From positions 16,051 through 80,050 of IMG/VR virus record IMGVR_UViG_3300025122_005335: DNA of 64,000 bases. One strand, 5' to 3'. Below are positions 18,028-27,872 of this stretch, piece after piece. This DNA is from a virus. Within the stretch, counting starts at the first letter, position 1; every line of letters starts with the position of its first letter. Below the pieces are notes generated by a model. It did no database searches. It had not been told where the DNA came from and saw only the letters and a list, made by a program, of their open reading frames with translations. The position numbers and the translations under genes are program-made.

Positions 18028-18926
18028 AGTCCCGCTGGTTTAAACAGTTTTGTAAACTTTAAAAGTGTTTCGTTTATTTTTCCTCCTGCTGAGTCGGTAT
18101 GACCACCACCATTACAAAGCTTTGATGCTAATTTGTTTAAATTTGTTTTTTCGCCAGGTTTTTTCCTAAAACTGACTGATTTTGATTTACAATTAATGAT
18201 AAACACAATATCAGCCTTGTGGATTTTCAGTAACCCCGATGCTACTTCGTTAATATTATGGTCACACATACAAGATATAACCTTTTTCTGGTTTCCATCA
18301 ATATTTGTTGTTAGTGTAAATACGTCACATTCTTGTAAAAACGATTTTATTTTTCGATTTGCAAGAGTAATCATGTTTTTCTGAAACAATGTAAACTCTT
18401 TGAACCCTTCTTTAAACTCTTCAACAAACTTCTGCACTCTATTACCTGTATAACTCCACAAAACTTGATTAAGCCCAATACTTTCTTTTAAAGCTAACTT
18501 ATATGAATCGTAATCATTTACTAGCTCAATTAATTTAGCTTTTTGTTTGTTTAATTTGGAACTTGTACTTTTGTCCTTACAAAGAAGGTGTTTTAATACT
18601 AACTTTGTAGTAGAAGGGTAGTTACTATCTAATATTAATTGTGGTTTTCCAAAGTTAACATAGCTGTCTTTACCATTATGGTGGTCAATAACAATAATAT
18701 TTTTGTAATTAAGTATGTCACTGTGTTCACTTACATTTAAATCACAAATATATATGTTATCGTATTCGGAAATTTTATTATTGGTTAAAAAATTTAGAAA
18801 ATCTTCTCTAAAGTTTTTGTGTGTAGTTGTCTTATAGGGGGATTCACCTAATAACCACCCCAACACCATTAAACTACCCACACCGTCTAAATCCGAATCA
18901 GTAAATACGTAATTTTTACTGTTCAT
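18024..18926 (-). CDS. DHH/DHHA1 phosphoesterase
   Basis: DSDLDG, ICDL, IDHH, VNDYD, SVSFR, GGGHTDSAGG. Confidence 0.88.
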   Translation of the reverse strand: MNSKNYVFTDSDLDGVGSLMVLGWLLGESPYKTTTHKNFREDFLNFLTNNKISEYDNIYICDLNVSEHSDILNYKNIIVIDHHNGKDSYVNFGKPQLILDSNYPSTTKLVLKHLLCKDKSTSSKLNKQKAKLIELVNDYDSYKLALKESIGLNQVLWSYTGNRVQKFVEEFKEGFKEFTLFQKNMITLANRKIKSFLQECDVFTLTTNIDGNQKKVISCMCDHNINEVASGLLKIHKADIVFIINCKSKSVSFRKKPGEKTNLNKLASKLCNGGGHTDSAGGKINETLLKFTKLFKPAGL

Positions 18927-18956
18927 TGTTAATAATTAGTAAATTTTTCATCATTC

Positions 18957-20288
18957 TCAACTATTTGCTAAGGCTTCTATTGAATTCATTACATCTTGAG
19001 TTGAATTGTTTATGTCACCTTGATCACCGTCTGTTATAGTTAGTGTTGGGTAGTGTATACTTAGTTCGGTGGCACCATAGTTAGCTCCAAACCGGTTTTT
19101 CATAACACCAAGCCTAATTTGATCTAACCCCCTATCTTCTTCATCTTGATAAATAGAAAATATTGCATCTGCAGTCATGGCGAGCCCCATACTTTCACCT
19201 ATTGTGTCTAATCCCGGGTCTTGAGTATCATATCCCGACCTATTTAACTGTGTGGCAGTAATAATAGGGCAGTTATGGGTATAAGATAACGCTCTAACTT
19301 GTTCAGTAGCATATTTTACCCTTTCATAACTATTATTACCAATTGGTGAGTGCATTAGGTTAACATAATCAAGAACAAAAGCATCAATTTTAATTCCTTT
19401 CTGTTTTACCTTTTTCATAAATGCTCCCAACTGTGAAGCTGTAATGGTACTAGGTGGAAATTCTTTAATCAAAATTTTACCCTTAGGGTTTGATGTAACT
19501 TGTTCTTTTAACTTGTTTCTTAGTTCAGGAATTTCTAGTCTTAAGCTGTTTATTTCAATTCCTGTTAAATTACCAGCTAACCGTCTAGCATACATGAATT
19601 CACTCATTTCTAGTGATACTACTAACACCGTTTTTCCTTGTTTTGCTATGTTTACTGCTATGTTACCCAAAAAAACCGATTTACCGACATTAGTTTCACC
19701 TGCGAACACATATATTGCTCTACCATTTTCTAGGAATCCCCCATCTAACTTATCATCTACCCACCCCCACCCGGAAGATATCGTGGGTTCTTCAATTTGG
19801 AGATTATCAATTAACTTTTCGTGGTCTAAAATAAGGTCTAGACCTAAATCTACTGATAAATTTATACCACAACACTGTTCAAACTTGTCAAATATAATAG
19901 TAGGCTCTACTTTACCTTTACTACAGTCATCCGCTACTTCAAGCATTGTATGATACACGGCTTTTTCTTTTAGAAACCGTTCTGTATTAGCATACAATTC
20001 ATCTTCATTATAATTTTTATCTAATTTTTCAATTTTTAGTAGCGTTTCTTTTAAGTTTACTTTTAGTTCTTGTGTAATACAATAAGAAGCAATTTCTGTA
20101 GCAGAAGGAATAGTTTGTCTCTTAATAAAAAACGCTTTTATAATGCTAATAATGCTTTTAAAGTGTTTATTAGTAAAATATACTGGTTGAATATGGTCTA
20201 TTATTGATCCCAAATATCTAGAATCAGTAAAACTTTTATACAATACTACATTCTCATAGTAATCTAAATCTAACGATTTGTCCGACAT
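18957..20288 (-). CDS. replicative DnaB-like helicase (T4 gp41-like)
   Basis: AGETNVGKS, VSLEMSE, IKEFPP, LDYVNLM, TATQLNRSG, MKNRFG. Confidence 0.96.
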   Translation of the reverse strand: MSDKSLDLDYYENVVLYKSFTDSRYLGSIIDHIQPVYFTNKHFKSIISIIKAFFIKRQTIPSATEIASYCITQELKVNLKETLLKIEKLDKNYNEDELYANTERFLKEKAVYHTMLEVADDCSKGKVEPTIIFDKFEQCCGINLSVDLGLDLILDHEKLIDNLQIEEPTISSGWGWVDDKLDGGFLENGRAIYVFAGETNVGKSVFLGNIAVNIAKQGKTVLVVSLEMSEFMYARRLAGNLTGIEINSLRLEIPELRNKLKEQVTSNPKGKILIKEFPPSTITASQLGAFMKKVKQKGIKIDAFVLDYVNLMHSPIGNNSYERVKYATEQVRALSYTHNCPIITATQLNRSGYDTQDPGLDTIGESMGLAMTADAIFSIYQDEEDRGLDQIRLGVMKNRFGANYGATELSIHYPTLTITDGDQGDINNSTQDVMNSIEALANS

Positions 20289-20295
20289 ATAAACC

Positions 20296-20323
20296 AGTAT
20301 AGACTATATACTTGAATGATCAA
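20296..20323 (-). promoter_or_regulatory. early promoter TTGATC-N16-TATACT
   Basis: 7 nt upstream of the helicase ATG. Confidence 0.7.
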
Positions 20324-21386
20324 CAAGCGATTCTTGGTTGATTTGATCCCAAATCCAATCGTACGTCTGTTGTATGCCTTTAATAAGAGGATAGTGTGGT
20401 GACCAATCGAGTTTTTCTTGAATAAGTTTGTTGTCACTATTTCTGCCTCTTACTCCTAGTGGCCCTTCAATATATTTTCTACCTAATTTTTTACCGGCTA
20501 CGGTTTCTGCAGTTTCTACTAATGCGTTAATAGTCACCATTTCATCTGATCCTAAATTTACTGGACCTGACCAGTCTGACTCCATCAATTTTCTTATACC
20601 ATTAATACATTCATCTATATATAGAAAGGAACGTGTTTGTGTACCGTCACCCCATATTTCGATATCTTCGCCTTCTTTGGCTAACGCCACTTTTCTGCAA
20701 ATAGCAGCTGGAGCTTTTTCTCTACCACCTTTCCACGTACCTTTAGGACCATAAATGTTATGAAATCTAGCAATACGAACAGGTATATTGTAATTTCGTT
20801 CATATGCTAGATAGAGCCTTTCGGAAAATAACTTCTCCCAACCGTATTCGCTATCAGGTGCAGCAGGGTATGCTGAACTTTCTTCACAATTAGGATTATC
20901 AGCATCTAATTGATTGTGTTCAGGGTACATACATGCAGAACTGCTATAAAAAATCTTAGTTGTTACCTGTTCATATGGCATAACTCGAGAATCATTATAC
21001 CAGGGGGTTTTAACAAATTGGTTAAGCCGGTTGATTGCATCTAGGATATGTAAATTAATAGTTGCTGAGTTTCTCATAACGTTTGCATCATGCTCACCGG
21101 TAAAAATATACCCGGCACCACCCATATCAGCAGCTAGCTGATATATTTCATCAAATTGCCCTTGATATTGTTTCGGTACTGTACCATAATAGCTCCCTGT
21201 TCTAATACATCTTTCAACTATATCTTTTTCTGTTAAATCCCCTGTAATAAATTCATCGGCTTCTGATTTTCCGTAATCTGGGTGTTTAAGATCTACACCA
21301 CGTACCCAATAACCTTCTTTTTTAAGCCTACTTACAAGATGGTTACCAATAAACCCACCTGCTCCACATACTAAAGCTGTCTTCAT
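20304..21386 (-). CDS. NAD-dependent epimerase, GDP-mannose 3,5-epimerase-like
   Basis: GAGGFIG, LAADMGGAG, YSSSACMYP, YGWEKLFSE, RFHNIYGP, GGREKAPAA, GPLGVRGRNSDN. Confidence 0.9.
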   Translation of the reverse strand: MKTALVCGAGGFIGNHLVSRLKKEGYWVRGVDLKHPDYGKSEADEFITGDLTEKDIVERCIRTGSYYGTVPKQYQGQFDEIYQLAADMGGAGYIFTGEHDANVMRNSATINLHILDAINRLNQFVKTPWYNDSRVMPYEQVTTKIFYSSSACMYPEHNQLDADNPNCEESSAYPAAPDSEYGWEKLFSERLYLAYERNYNIPVRIARFHNIYGPKGTWKGGREKAPAAICRKVALAKEGEDIEIWGDGTQTRSFLYIDECINGIRKLMESDWSGPVNLGSDEMVTINALVETAETVAGKKLGRKYIEGPLGVRGRNSDNKLIQEKLDWSPHYPLIKGIQQTYDWIWDQINQESLVDHSSI

Positions 21387-21392
21387 ACAACT

Positions 21393-21420
21393 ATTATATT
21401 ATTTTAAATTTAGATATCAA
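21393..21420 (-). promoter_or_regulatory. early promoter TTGATA-N16-TATAAT
   Basis: 6 nt upstream of ATG 21386. Confidence 0.75.
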
Positions 21421-22016
21421 CTAAATTTTGTAGAAGCAATCATTACATGATCAGGAGTAGCAGTAGATATAAATTCAAATTTATAATCTGGGTTTATATC
21501 TTTTAATTTATTTTTAACAAGTGGTATTTCAGAAGCTCGTAGAAATGTTGGTATATCATCCATAATAATTGTACTTGTTTTATTTTTAAATAACGTTTTT
21601 ATAAGATCTAATTCTTCATTTAAAGGTATACCACCACCTTCGTCATGTGCATCGAGCCAAAAAGTAGCATCGGTATCAATTTTAGGTAGTAATTTTGTTA
21701 AAAATTGTACTGAACTACACTTATAAATCTCAACACACTCGGGTTTAACAATTTTATCATTATCAACCATTTCACTAATGAGATTGCTACAATAATCTAC
21801 CCTATATCCAAATATATCACATGAATAAAGTTTTGTATAACCAGCATTAATAGCGCTAGTTAAACCAATACCTTTGTGACACCCTGTCTCTATAAAAGTG
21901 TTGCTTTCAGATTTATATTTTTTAAAAAAATCAAATTGTTTTTTGTTATTATCCTCTAATGTTTCTCTATAATCGTTCATATTAATTAAAAATTGCAAAG
22001 GGGTTACTATCTTCAA
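21417..22016 (-). CDS. class I SAM-dependent methyltransferase-like protein
   Basis: FIETGCHKG, YSCDI, FWLDAH, IIMDD; true start probably the second Met. Confidence 0.7.
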   Translation of the reverse strand: MKIVTPLQFLINMNDYRETLEDNNKKQFDFFKKYKSESNTFIETGCHKGIGLTSAINAGYTKLYSCDIFGYRVDYCSNLISEMVDNDKIVKPECVEIYKCSSVQFLTKLLPKIDTDATFWLDAHDEGGGIPLNEELDLIKTLFKNKTSTIIMDDIPTFLRASEIPLVKNKLKDINPDYKFEFISTATPDHVMIASTKFS

Positions 22017-22656
22017 ATTTTACTATTTCAATAACCCCATATCCTGGATTATGTTTACTAGCATATCTTTCAAAGAACATTTGATATGCCCACCCATCAA
22101 GTAGTGGTTTGCTACCTTCAAATTGTACAGATGAAAATGTGTCTCCTTTTGTAAATAATGTACTGCCGTTTTTGGTTAAAAAAAGCTTACTATTTTCTTC
22201 ATCCCATACCCAACATGCATGAGTCCCCTTAAATGCTGAAAATGTTTCATAAAATATTTCATGATCTTCTTCAGGTGGAATCGGTAATAGGTCTAATTGT
22301 TCCATATATGCTGCTATATATGAACTATCTACTTCTTTGGTATCTGTTGATTCTACCACTTCTGTATAATTCGTAAGAACCCCATTGTGAGCAACATACC
22401 ACCTACCATAATGAAATGGATGTGAAGTATTTTCACTATATTTTCTAACTGAGTTAGTTGGAGCTTGATCATGTGCAAGATAATAATCCCAATCTTCTTG
22501 ATATAGTAAGTCTAAATCTACTAATTTGTTTTTAAAAACAAATATATCATGATTTTTTATACCGCAAAAGCTGAAAGCAAACCCACCTCGATCTTTATTG
22601 AGTTCATATAATTTAATAAATTCTTCTCGAGATGCTGTACCATAAATTGCGCACAT
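21982..22656 (-). CDS. class II (Ntn) glutamine amidotransferase, stand-alone
   Basis: N-terminal M-C-A-I-Y-G nucleophile, DRGG, AHDQAPT, SHPF, AHNGVLTN, VDSSYI. Confidence 0.88.
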   Translation of the reverse strand: MCAIYGTASREEFIKLYELNKDRGGFAFSFCGIKNHDIFVFKNKLVDLDLLYQEDWDYYLAHDQAPTNSVRKYSENTSHPFHYGRWYVAHNGVLTNYTEVVESTDTKEVDSSYIAAYMEQLDLLPIPPEEDHEIFYETFSAFKGTHACWVWDEENSKLFLTKNGSTLFTKGDTFSSVQFEGSKPLLDGWAYQMFFERYASKHNPGYGVIEIVKFEDSNPFAIFN

Positions 22657-22664
22657 ATGTTTAT

Positions 22665-22692
22665 ATTATATAGTATTGAATAAATATTTCAA
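22665..22692. promoter_or_regulatory. overlapping divergent promoters: early TTGAAA-N16-TATAAT (-) and late TAAATA (+, 22681-22686)
   Basis: hexamers read directly; 8 nt to ATG 22656 and 7 nt to ATG 22694. Confidence 0.75.
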
Positions 22693-22693
22693 T

Positions 22694-23245
22694 ATGAAAG
22701 ATCAGGATACCCAATTTCTTTATGAATCTTATCAAAAAACAATAATAGAAGGTCGGAAAAAACAATTTACAGATAGGGTAAGAAAAACCTTGGTAGATCC
22801 GGATACTGGTGAAGAAAGAAAAGAGTCTTATTATGAAATGATGATGAGGATAAAGGGTATCCGAGGTGGTGGTGGAGCAAGAAGTAGAGCTACTAGATTC
22901 AAAAAAGCAGTATCTAAAGATAAAGTTGCTTTAGGAAAACGTAAATTTAAGGTTGCAGACAAGGCTTACGAAACACCATTAAAAGGTTTACAAAAAAATG
23001 TAGTAAGTTTTGTAGAGATTAGGCCCTCTACTGCAAAAGAAATTTTAGATTTTTTATCAAAAATAGAAGATAAAAAAGAAGCAGAGAGAGTTCTAAAAGA
23101 TATGATCTTAGACGGGTTTTTAGATGAAGTTTTTAAAGATGAAGAAGCCCCAGAACCTGAAGTGGATCCTGATAAATTAGGTGAAATTGAAGCGTTTCAT
23201 GATCCTGCTGGCCCTGAAGCCGTTGATGATTTAGAAGATTATTGA
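22694..23245 (+). CDS. hypothetical late protein (basic centre, possible winged helix, acidic tail)
   Basis: ATG 22694 after TAAATA; N-terminus MKDQDTQFLYESY...IIE. Confidence 0.6.
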   Translation: MKDQDTQFLYESYQKTIIEGRKKQFTDRVRKTLVDPDTGEERKESYYEMMMRIKGIRGGGGARSRATRFKKAVSKDKVALGKRKFKVADKAYETPLKGLQKNVVSFVEIRPSTAKEILDFLSKIEDKKEAERVLKDMILDGFLDEVFKDEEAPEPEVDPDKLGEIEAFHDPAGPEAVDDLEDY

Positions 23246-23889
23246 AAAAATTCCATATTGTGTTCTTTAGCATCTGGCATATCGTTATATCGGCCTTCAT
23301 ATTCAAAATTACACTCTAAATCAATATTACTTGCAAATAATGTTCCTGGGTTTATAGTGGGCCAGGTGTCGTAAACAAATTCAAAGTTTTTATTTACAAA
23401 ATCTAAGAGCCAAGGTTTAAATCTATGCATATGCTCACTATCATGTAATATTATACAATCACATCTACCCGCCGATTCTTTAACCCAATTAGCTCTATTA
23501 TCATAACCACCTGTATCAACAAAAATTAAATCGTAAAAACTTTCTATTTTTTTATAGTATGGTGTACCTTTAACAAAAATACTTTGAGTTTCTAAAGTAA
23601 TTTTATAATTTTCATTTTCATATTTTTTCTTCATATTGTCATACCAATATGCTGGTGGGCTATTAAAATACTCAATACCCCAAACTTTTGCTTTACCGTT
23701 TTTTGTTAGATAACAAAAATAACTACTGCTACCATCACCGGTTCCACATTCTAAAATATTAAGTTTTTGATTGTTTTTATTTTTATATAAAAATTCTACA
23801 ATATACTTTAAAAAGGGTATATGAGAAGAATATGCAGTATTGTTTGCATAACCGGTTTTTGATAATTCTTCTTTGTTAAAAACATGCAT
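23239..23889 (-). CDS. class I SAM-dependent methyltransferase-like protein
   Basis: SSHIPFL, ILECGTGDGSS, DLIFVD, IILHDSE. Confidence 0.72.
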   Translation of the reverse strand: MHVFNKEELSKTGYANNTAYSSHIPFLKYIVEFLYKNKNNQKLNILECGTGDGSSSYFCYLTKNGKAKVWGIEYFNSPPAYWYDNMKKKYENENYKITLETQSIFVKGTPYYKKIESFYDLIFVDTGGYDNRANWVKESAGRCDCIILHDSEHMHRFKPWLLDFVNKNFEFVYDTWPTINPGTLFASNIDLECNFEYEGRYNDMPDAKEHNMEFFQ

Positions 23890-24683
23890 TAAGGGCCCCT
23901 AGTGCCTTCTCTACTTAAAAACACTTCTTCTGGGAAAGGGACACATTTGTTTTGTTTCCAAAATTCTGTTAAATCTTGGTTATATGGTTGAGGGTCAATA
24001 TAACCTGCATCGGCAAACCCTTTAATTCTTAAACTACTGCTTGGGGTTGATGCATCAGCAATTTCGTCACCACTATAACAGGTGTATGTATATTTGTAAT
24101 CAACTTTACTTGATGCTCCATACTCTACAATTGCTTTTTTGTCCATTGCTAAAAGAGGACACATAAGTTTGATTTGTTCTTTTCTATTCAAATCGATTAA
24201 TGCTTGAAATTGCTCCCTAAATTGTTCACTACCATCCCAATAACCAGCAAGACTATCTACTTGAGTTGCTCCATGATATACGGTATCGGCACCAATTGAT
24301 TCAGCATGTGCACATGCAATAGATAAAAATATTTGATTTCTAAATGGAACATAACTTACTGGTTGTGCTTCACCTATCATATCTTTTACATCTGGATTTT
24401 CTATTTCTTCATTAGTTAGTGAACTGGTTGTTATTAGTTCTTTCAAAAAGGTTACATCTATAATTTTATGATATATTTTTGTATCTTCAAAATTATGACT
24501 AAAACTTACCAGTTTAGCATGTTCAATTTGAATTTTAGCACATTCTATTTCACGTTTATGACGTTGGCCATAATCGAAAGTAATGCAATGTAATTCTCCT
24601 GAATTAAATTGAGCCATTCTTAGCATTGCAGCACTATCCATACCACCACTAAAAATCATTACACTTTTGTTTTTGTTAGACAT
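23889..24683 (-). CDS. queC: 7-cyano-7-deazaguanine synthase QueC (variant lacking three Zn-binding Cys)
   Basis: FSGGMDS, FDYGQRHKRE, SSLT, SYVPFRNQIF, GYWD, PLLAMDK, TYTCY. Confidence 0.9.
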   Translation of the reverse strand: MSNKNKSVMIFSGGMDSAAMLRMAQFNSGELHCITFDYGQRHKREIECAKIQIEHAKLVSFSHNFEDTKIYHKIIDVTFLKELITTSSLTNEEIENPDVKDMIGEAQPVSYVPFRNQIFLSIACAHAESIGADTVYHGATQVDSLAGYWDGSEQFREQFQALIDLNRKEQIKLMCPLLAMDKKAIVEYGASSKVDYKYTYTCYSGDEIADASTPSSSLRIKGFADAGYIDPQPYNQDLTEFWKQNKCVPFPEEVFLSREGTRGP

Positions 24684-24701
24684 AACTATATGATATAATA
24701 G

Positions 24702-26306
24702 TTACCAATGTTTACCATAATAAAAATCTTCAATTATGAGATAATCCATTTGCGTTGATTCTAACACTTTAACAGCATCAGAAATTGTATTTAGAATAGG
24801 TTTACCGGCAATGTTAAATGAAGTATTCAATAACACCCCATGACCGGCATGTTTATTAAATTGAGTTAACAAATCATATAGCCATTCATTTTGTTCTCTT
24901 GTTACTGTTTGTACTCTGGCAGTACCATCTATATGTGTGATGGAAGATAATTTTTTTCTCCACTCTTTTTTTACTTTAGGACAATAAAGCATGTGTTTGG
25001 ATTCCTCTTCCCATTCAAAATATTTGGATACATCTTCTAATCTTACAACAGGTGCAAATGGCCTGTACCATTCTCTATTTTTAACTTTAAAATTTAAAAT
25101 ATCTTTCATTTCAGGAAAAGCCGGGTTACAAAAAATAGATCTGTTACCTAATGCTCTTGGCCCGTGTTCACATCTCCCTCTTGCGCAACCAAAAATTTTC
25201 CCGTTTGCTAATTCAGATGCTATAATACTAAGATCAACAGGTTTTGCAGAGTTACTTTCTATCCAAGCTGGGTAAGTGTTTATATCTAATAGTTCAGTAC
25301 CACCGTAAGTTATATCTATTGGGGTCGCCGGTTTATTAAACCCGGCTAATAACCCTAAAGCAATACCACAATCATTAGTATTAGGAGCAACAAAACTTGG
25401 TCTTTCAGGAAACATTTCTTTTATTTTTGTAGCAAGTAGAATATTAAGTCCACACCCACCTGTTATAATAATAGGTAAATCTTTATACTTTTCGATGTAA
25501 GGCATAGCTACTTCGAAAAAACAATCTTCGAAAGCTTGTTGTGATGTTGCTGCTACGTCCCAGCTAATTTCCTTTTCTAAACGTTTATTATCATCAAAAA
25601 CTAAATTACAATTTTTCCCAATTATATCGGTTAATTTTCTAACGTAGTCTTCACCGTCTGGTTTTGCATAATAAAATTCTTTAAAATAAGGTAACCAGTC
25701 TTTTCTTACTTTACCGTAATTACAAAGACCCATAATTTTACCACTATAAACTAAATTACCATCTGATATCCATTCTTGTTTAATATCTGGACAATAGTGA
25801 GCAAAACACATATATGGGAAACCGAAATCATGATCATAGTTATGACGGTCTGCAGGGTTGGTTTTATCTAAATAGCTTACACCGTCTTTTCTATCAGCTG
25901 TAAAAATATTAAAAAAGCCATCATTACCACCACCATCAAAACTAAAAATTATTGCTTTTGAAAAATTAGATTGATAAAATGACCCACTAGCGTGTGCATG
26001 GTGATGCCAGCCTTCTAAAACATTTTTAGCAGGTATAAAATCTTTATAGCTGTAAGTTATATCATTATGCACACACTCTGTATTGATGTGTAATAGATTA
26101 TCAAAAGGTGGTTCGTACCCTAATTCTTTTTCAATATATTGCAATATTGCATAGACAGCTTCTTCTCTATTTGCTAGAGGTTTATATTGAGCTAACCCAA
26201 TATTTTTTATGTTAAAAAATCGTTCAAATTCTATAACATAATATTCGCCGTTATCTTCAAGTACAATTGCTCCGTTATGCGAACCATAAATCGCAATATT
26301 AGCCAT
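24702..26306 (-). CDS. carbamoyltransferase (NodU/CmcH family)
   Basis: HHHAHA, DGGG, GKIMGL, GGCGLN, GRCEHGPRALGNRS, REWYRPFAP, HIDGTARVQTV, LLNTSFN. Confidence 0.93.
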   Translation of the reverse strand: MANIAIYGSHNGAIVLEDNGEYYVIEFERFFNIKNIGLAQYKPLANREEAVYAILQYIEKELGYEPPFDNLLHINTECVHNDITYSYKDFIPAKNVLEGWHHHAHASGSFYQSNFSKAIIFSFDGGGNDGFFNIFTADRKDGVSYLDKTNPADRHNYDHDFGFPYMCFAHYCPDIKQEWISDGNLVYSGKIMGLCNYGKVRKDWLPYFKEFYYAKPDGEDYVRKLTDIIGKNCNLVFDDNKRLEKEISWDVAATSQQAFEDCFFEVAMPYIEKYKDLPIIITGGCGLNILLATKIKEMFPERPSFVAPNTNDCGIALGLLAGFNKPATPIDITYGGTELLDINTYPAWIESNSAKPVDLSIIASELANGKIFGCARGRCEHGPRALGNRSIFCNPAFPEMKDILNFKVKNREWYRPFAPVVRLEDVSKYFEWEEESKHMLYCPKVKKEWRKKLSSITHIDGTARVQTVTREQNEWLYDLLTQFNKHAGHGVLLNTSFNIAGKPILNTISDAVKVLESTQMDYLIIEDFYYGKHW

Positions 26307-26313
26307 AATGTTT

Positions 26314-27399
26314 TTATTTACCGTACTTATAGGCAGATTTCAACTTTTTATCCAACTCAGGAATAATGAATTTTTCCCAAAGATCTATATCTTTTTTCCA
26401 AGTTTTATAGTAACCGATTTTATCTCCCGCTTTGAATTTATCATCCTTACTCTCCATACCTATTTGATAGGTACTACCTGTCTGCGTTAGTATCCCATGA
26501 TTAACAGCCATGTCTCGTAACCCGCTATACCTATCTAAGCCAGTTTTAAAATTGAGGTAAATTTCAGCCTGTAAAAATGGTGGTACAAATCGATTTTTTG
26601 TGGTTAAAAATCTTAATGTAGCACCCGAGTAGTTGCGAGCTTCTGCTAGAATCTCGTCATCTTCATTAGAAGCGTCTTGTCTTTCTTTTTTATTAGCCAA
26701 TTGTACTAGTACACTAGCCATATACTGTGGGCCGCTTCCACCGGAAGCTGTTTTTACTAGGGTAGGGTGTAAAGCACCTGGGTTGTCATATGTATGATTA
26801 CTAAACAAAATTGTCGTACCAGATAGACCAGCTTTATATGTAAGTATTCTCATCATAGATTTGAGTTGTTTAGCTCTTAGCCCCATATCCATGGCACTTT
26901 TATCTTTTGCTGCATCTTCTACTTCTTTTTGTGATGCTAAATTACCTAAAGAATCAATACTTATAATAAATTTTCCTTGTAACCCCTTTTCAATAATGCT
27001 GTCTAATAAAGCCACAACTTGATTTCGGCATTGCTCAACGGTATATACAGGGACGTATTTTGTTTTAGTTGCATCTAACCCTACCCCTTCTGAGCTTTCT
27101 TTATCTACGGCAAATTCGGTATCAAATATAATAGGGTGCAAACCCATTTTTTGAGCATTACCTAAAATCTTATTAATAATGTATGTTTTGCCAGATTGTG
27201 AAGGCCCTGAAAACCCAACCAACCTTCCTTTCGGTACCCCACCTTCACGACACGAACCACCAATGATTGCATTCAATGCATAACACCCTGTATCATACCA
27301 AGTATCCACATTTGATAGTGCATTTTCACTCAAATATGTCGCTTCAGGATTTAATTTATTTAAACTTGCAAATACGCTTTCTATATCATCTTTAGCCAT
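26314..27399 (-). CDS. uvsX: RecA-like recombinase
   Basis: DTGCYALN, GPSQSGKT, FDTE, IDSLGNL, DMGLRAK, SNHTY, KNRF. Confidence 0.93.
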   Translation of the reverse strand: MAKDDIESVFASLNKLNPEATYLSENALSNVDTWYDTGCYALNAIIGGSCREGGVPKGRLVGFSGPSQSGKTYIINKILGNAQKMGLHPIIFDTEFAVDKESSEGVGLDATKTKYVPVYTVEQCRNQVVALLDSIIEKGLQGKFIISIDSLGNLASQKEVEDAAKDKSAMDMGLRAKQLKSMMRILTYKAGLSGTTILFSNHTYDNPGALHPTLVKTASGGSGPQYMASVLVQLANKKERQDASNEDDEILAEARNYSGATLRFLTTKNRFVPPFLQAEIYLNFKTGLDRYSGLRDMAVNHGILTQTGSTYQIGMESKDDKFKAGDKIGYYKTWKKDIDLWEKFIIPELDKKLKSAYKYGK

Positions 27400-27405
27400 T
27401 CACAT

Positions 27406-27433
27406 ATTATAATTTATAATACATTATTTTCAA
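27406..27433 (-). promoter_or_regulatory. early promoter TTGAAA-N16-TATAAT
   Basis: 6 nt upstream of the uvsX ATG. Confidence 0.78.
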
Positions 27434-27435
27434 GT

Positions 27436-27459
27436 AAAAAAAAGCGCCCTTTCGGGCGC
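27436..27459 (-). terminator. intrinsic terminator
   Basis: gcgccc-gaaa-gggcgc followed by T8 on the minus strand. Confidence 0.9.
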
Positions 27460-27474
27460 TTACCAACATTTTAA

Positions 27475-27843
27475 TTAATCATCAAACAATTTTACCACCT
27501 CAGGTTCGTCGGGTGTATCCGTATCCACCTGAGCGTCGGGTGCAGTAAGGGTTGTTATAATCGTATCATATTGGGTTTTTAGTTTACCGTCTAAATGATC
27601 AGCACAGTCACTATCCACTATAGTGGCTTTATTGAACGTCCAGGTTGTACCGGCATCTCGTCCTTCGGGGGTTAGAAATTCTCTAAAAAACATGGGCACT
27701 GTTTGTACTTGAAGTTGACTTTGTTCATTAGGCTGTACAAAAATGGTACAAGGGTTTTTAATTTTTAAAGCTGTATCTGTGTCTTCCACCACTTCACCGA
27801 TAATGGTACGCCCGACTGAATCTACAAAAATCTTAAGGTTCAT
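27475..27843 (-). CDS. hypothetical protein, possible Sm-like beta-barrel
   Basis: GRTIIGEV...LKIKNP..I pattern seen in T4-like Sm-fold proteins. Confidence 0.5.
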   Translation of the reverse strand: MNLKIFVDSVGRTIIGEVVEDTDTALKIKNPCTIFVQPNEQSQLQVQTVPMFFREFLTPEGRDAGTTWTFNKATIVDSDCADHLDGKLKTQYDTIITTLTAPDAQVDTDTPDEPEVVKLFDD

Positions 27844-27872
27844 AACAATATTTTATTTTAATCTAAATTAAA

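Noticed and set aside
23889-24683. QueC as part of a QatABCD or type IV CBASS defence locus
   Set aside because: No QatA ATPase, TatD, cyclase or TGT neighbours; the presence of folE, queD and queE favours base biosynthesis.
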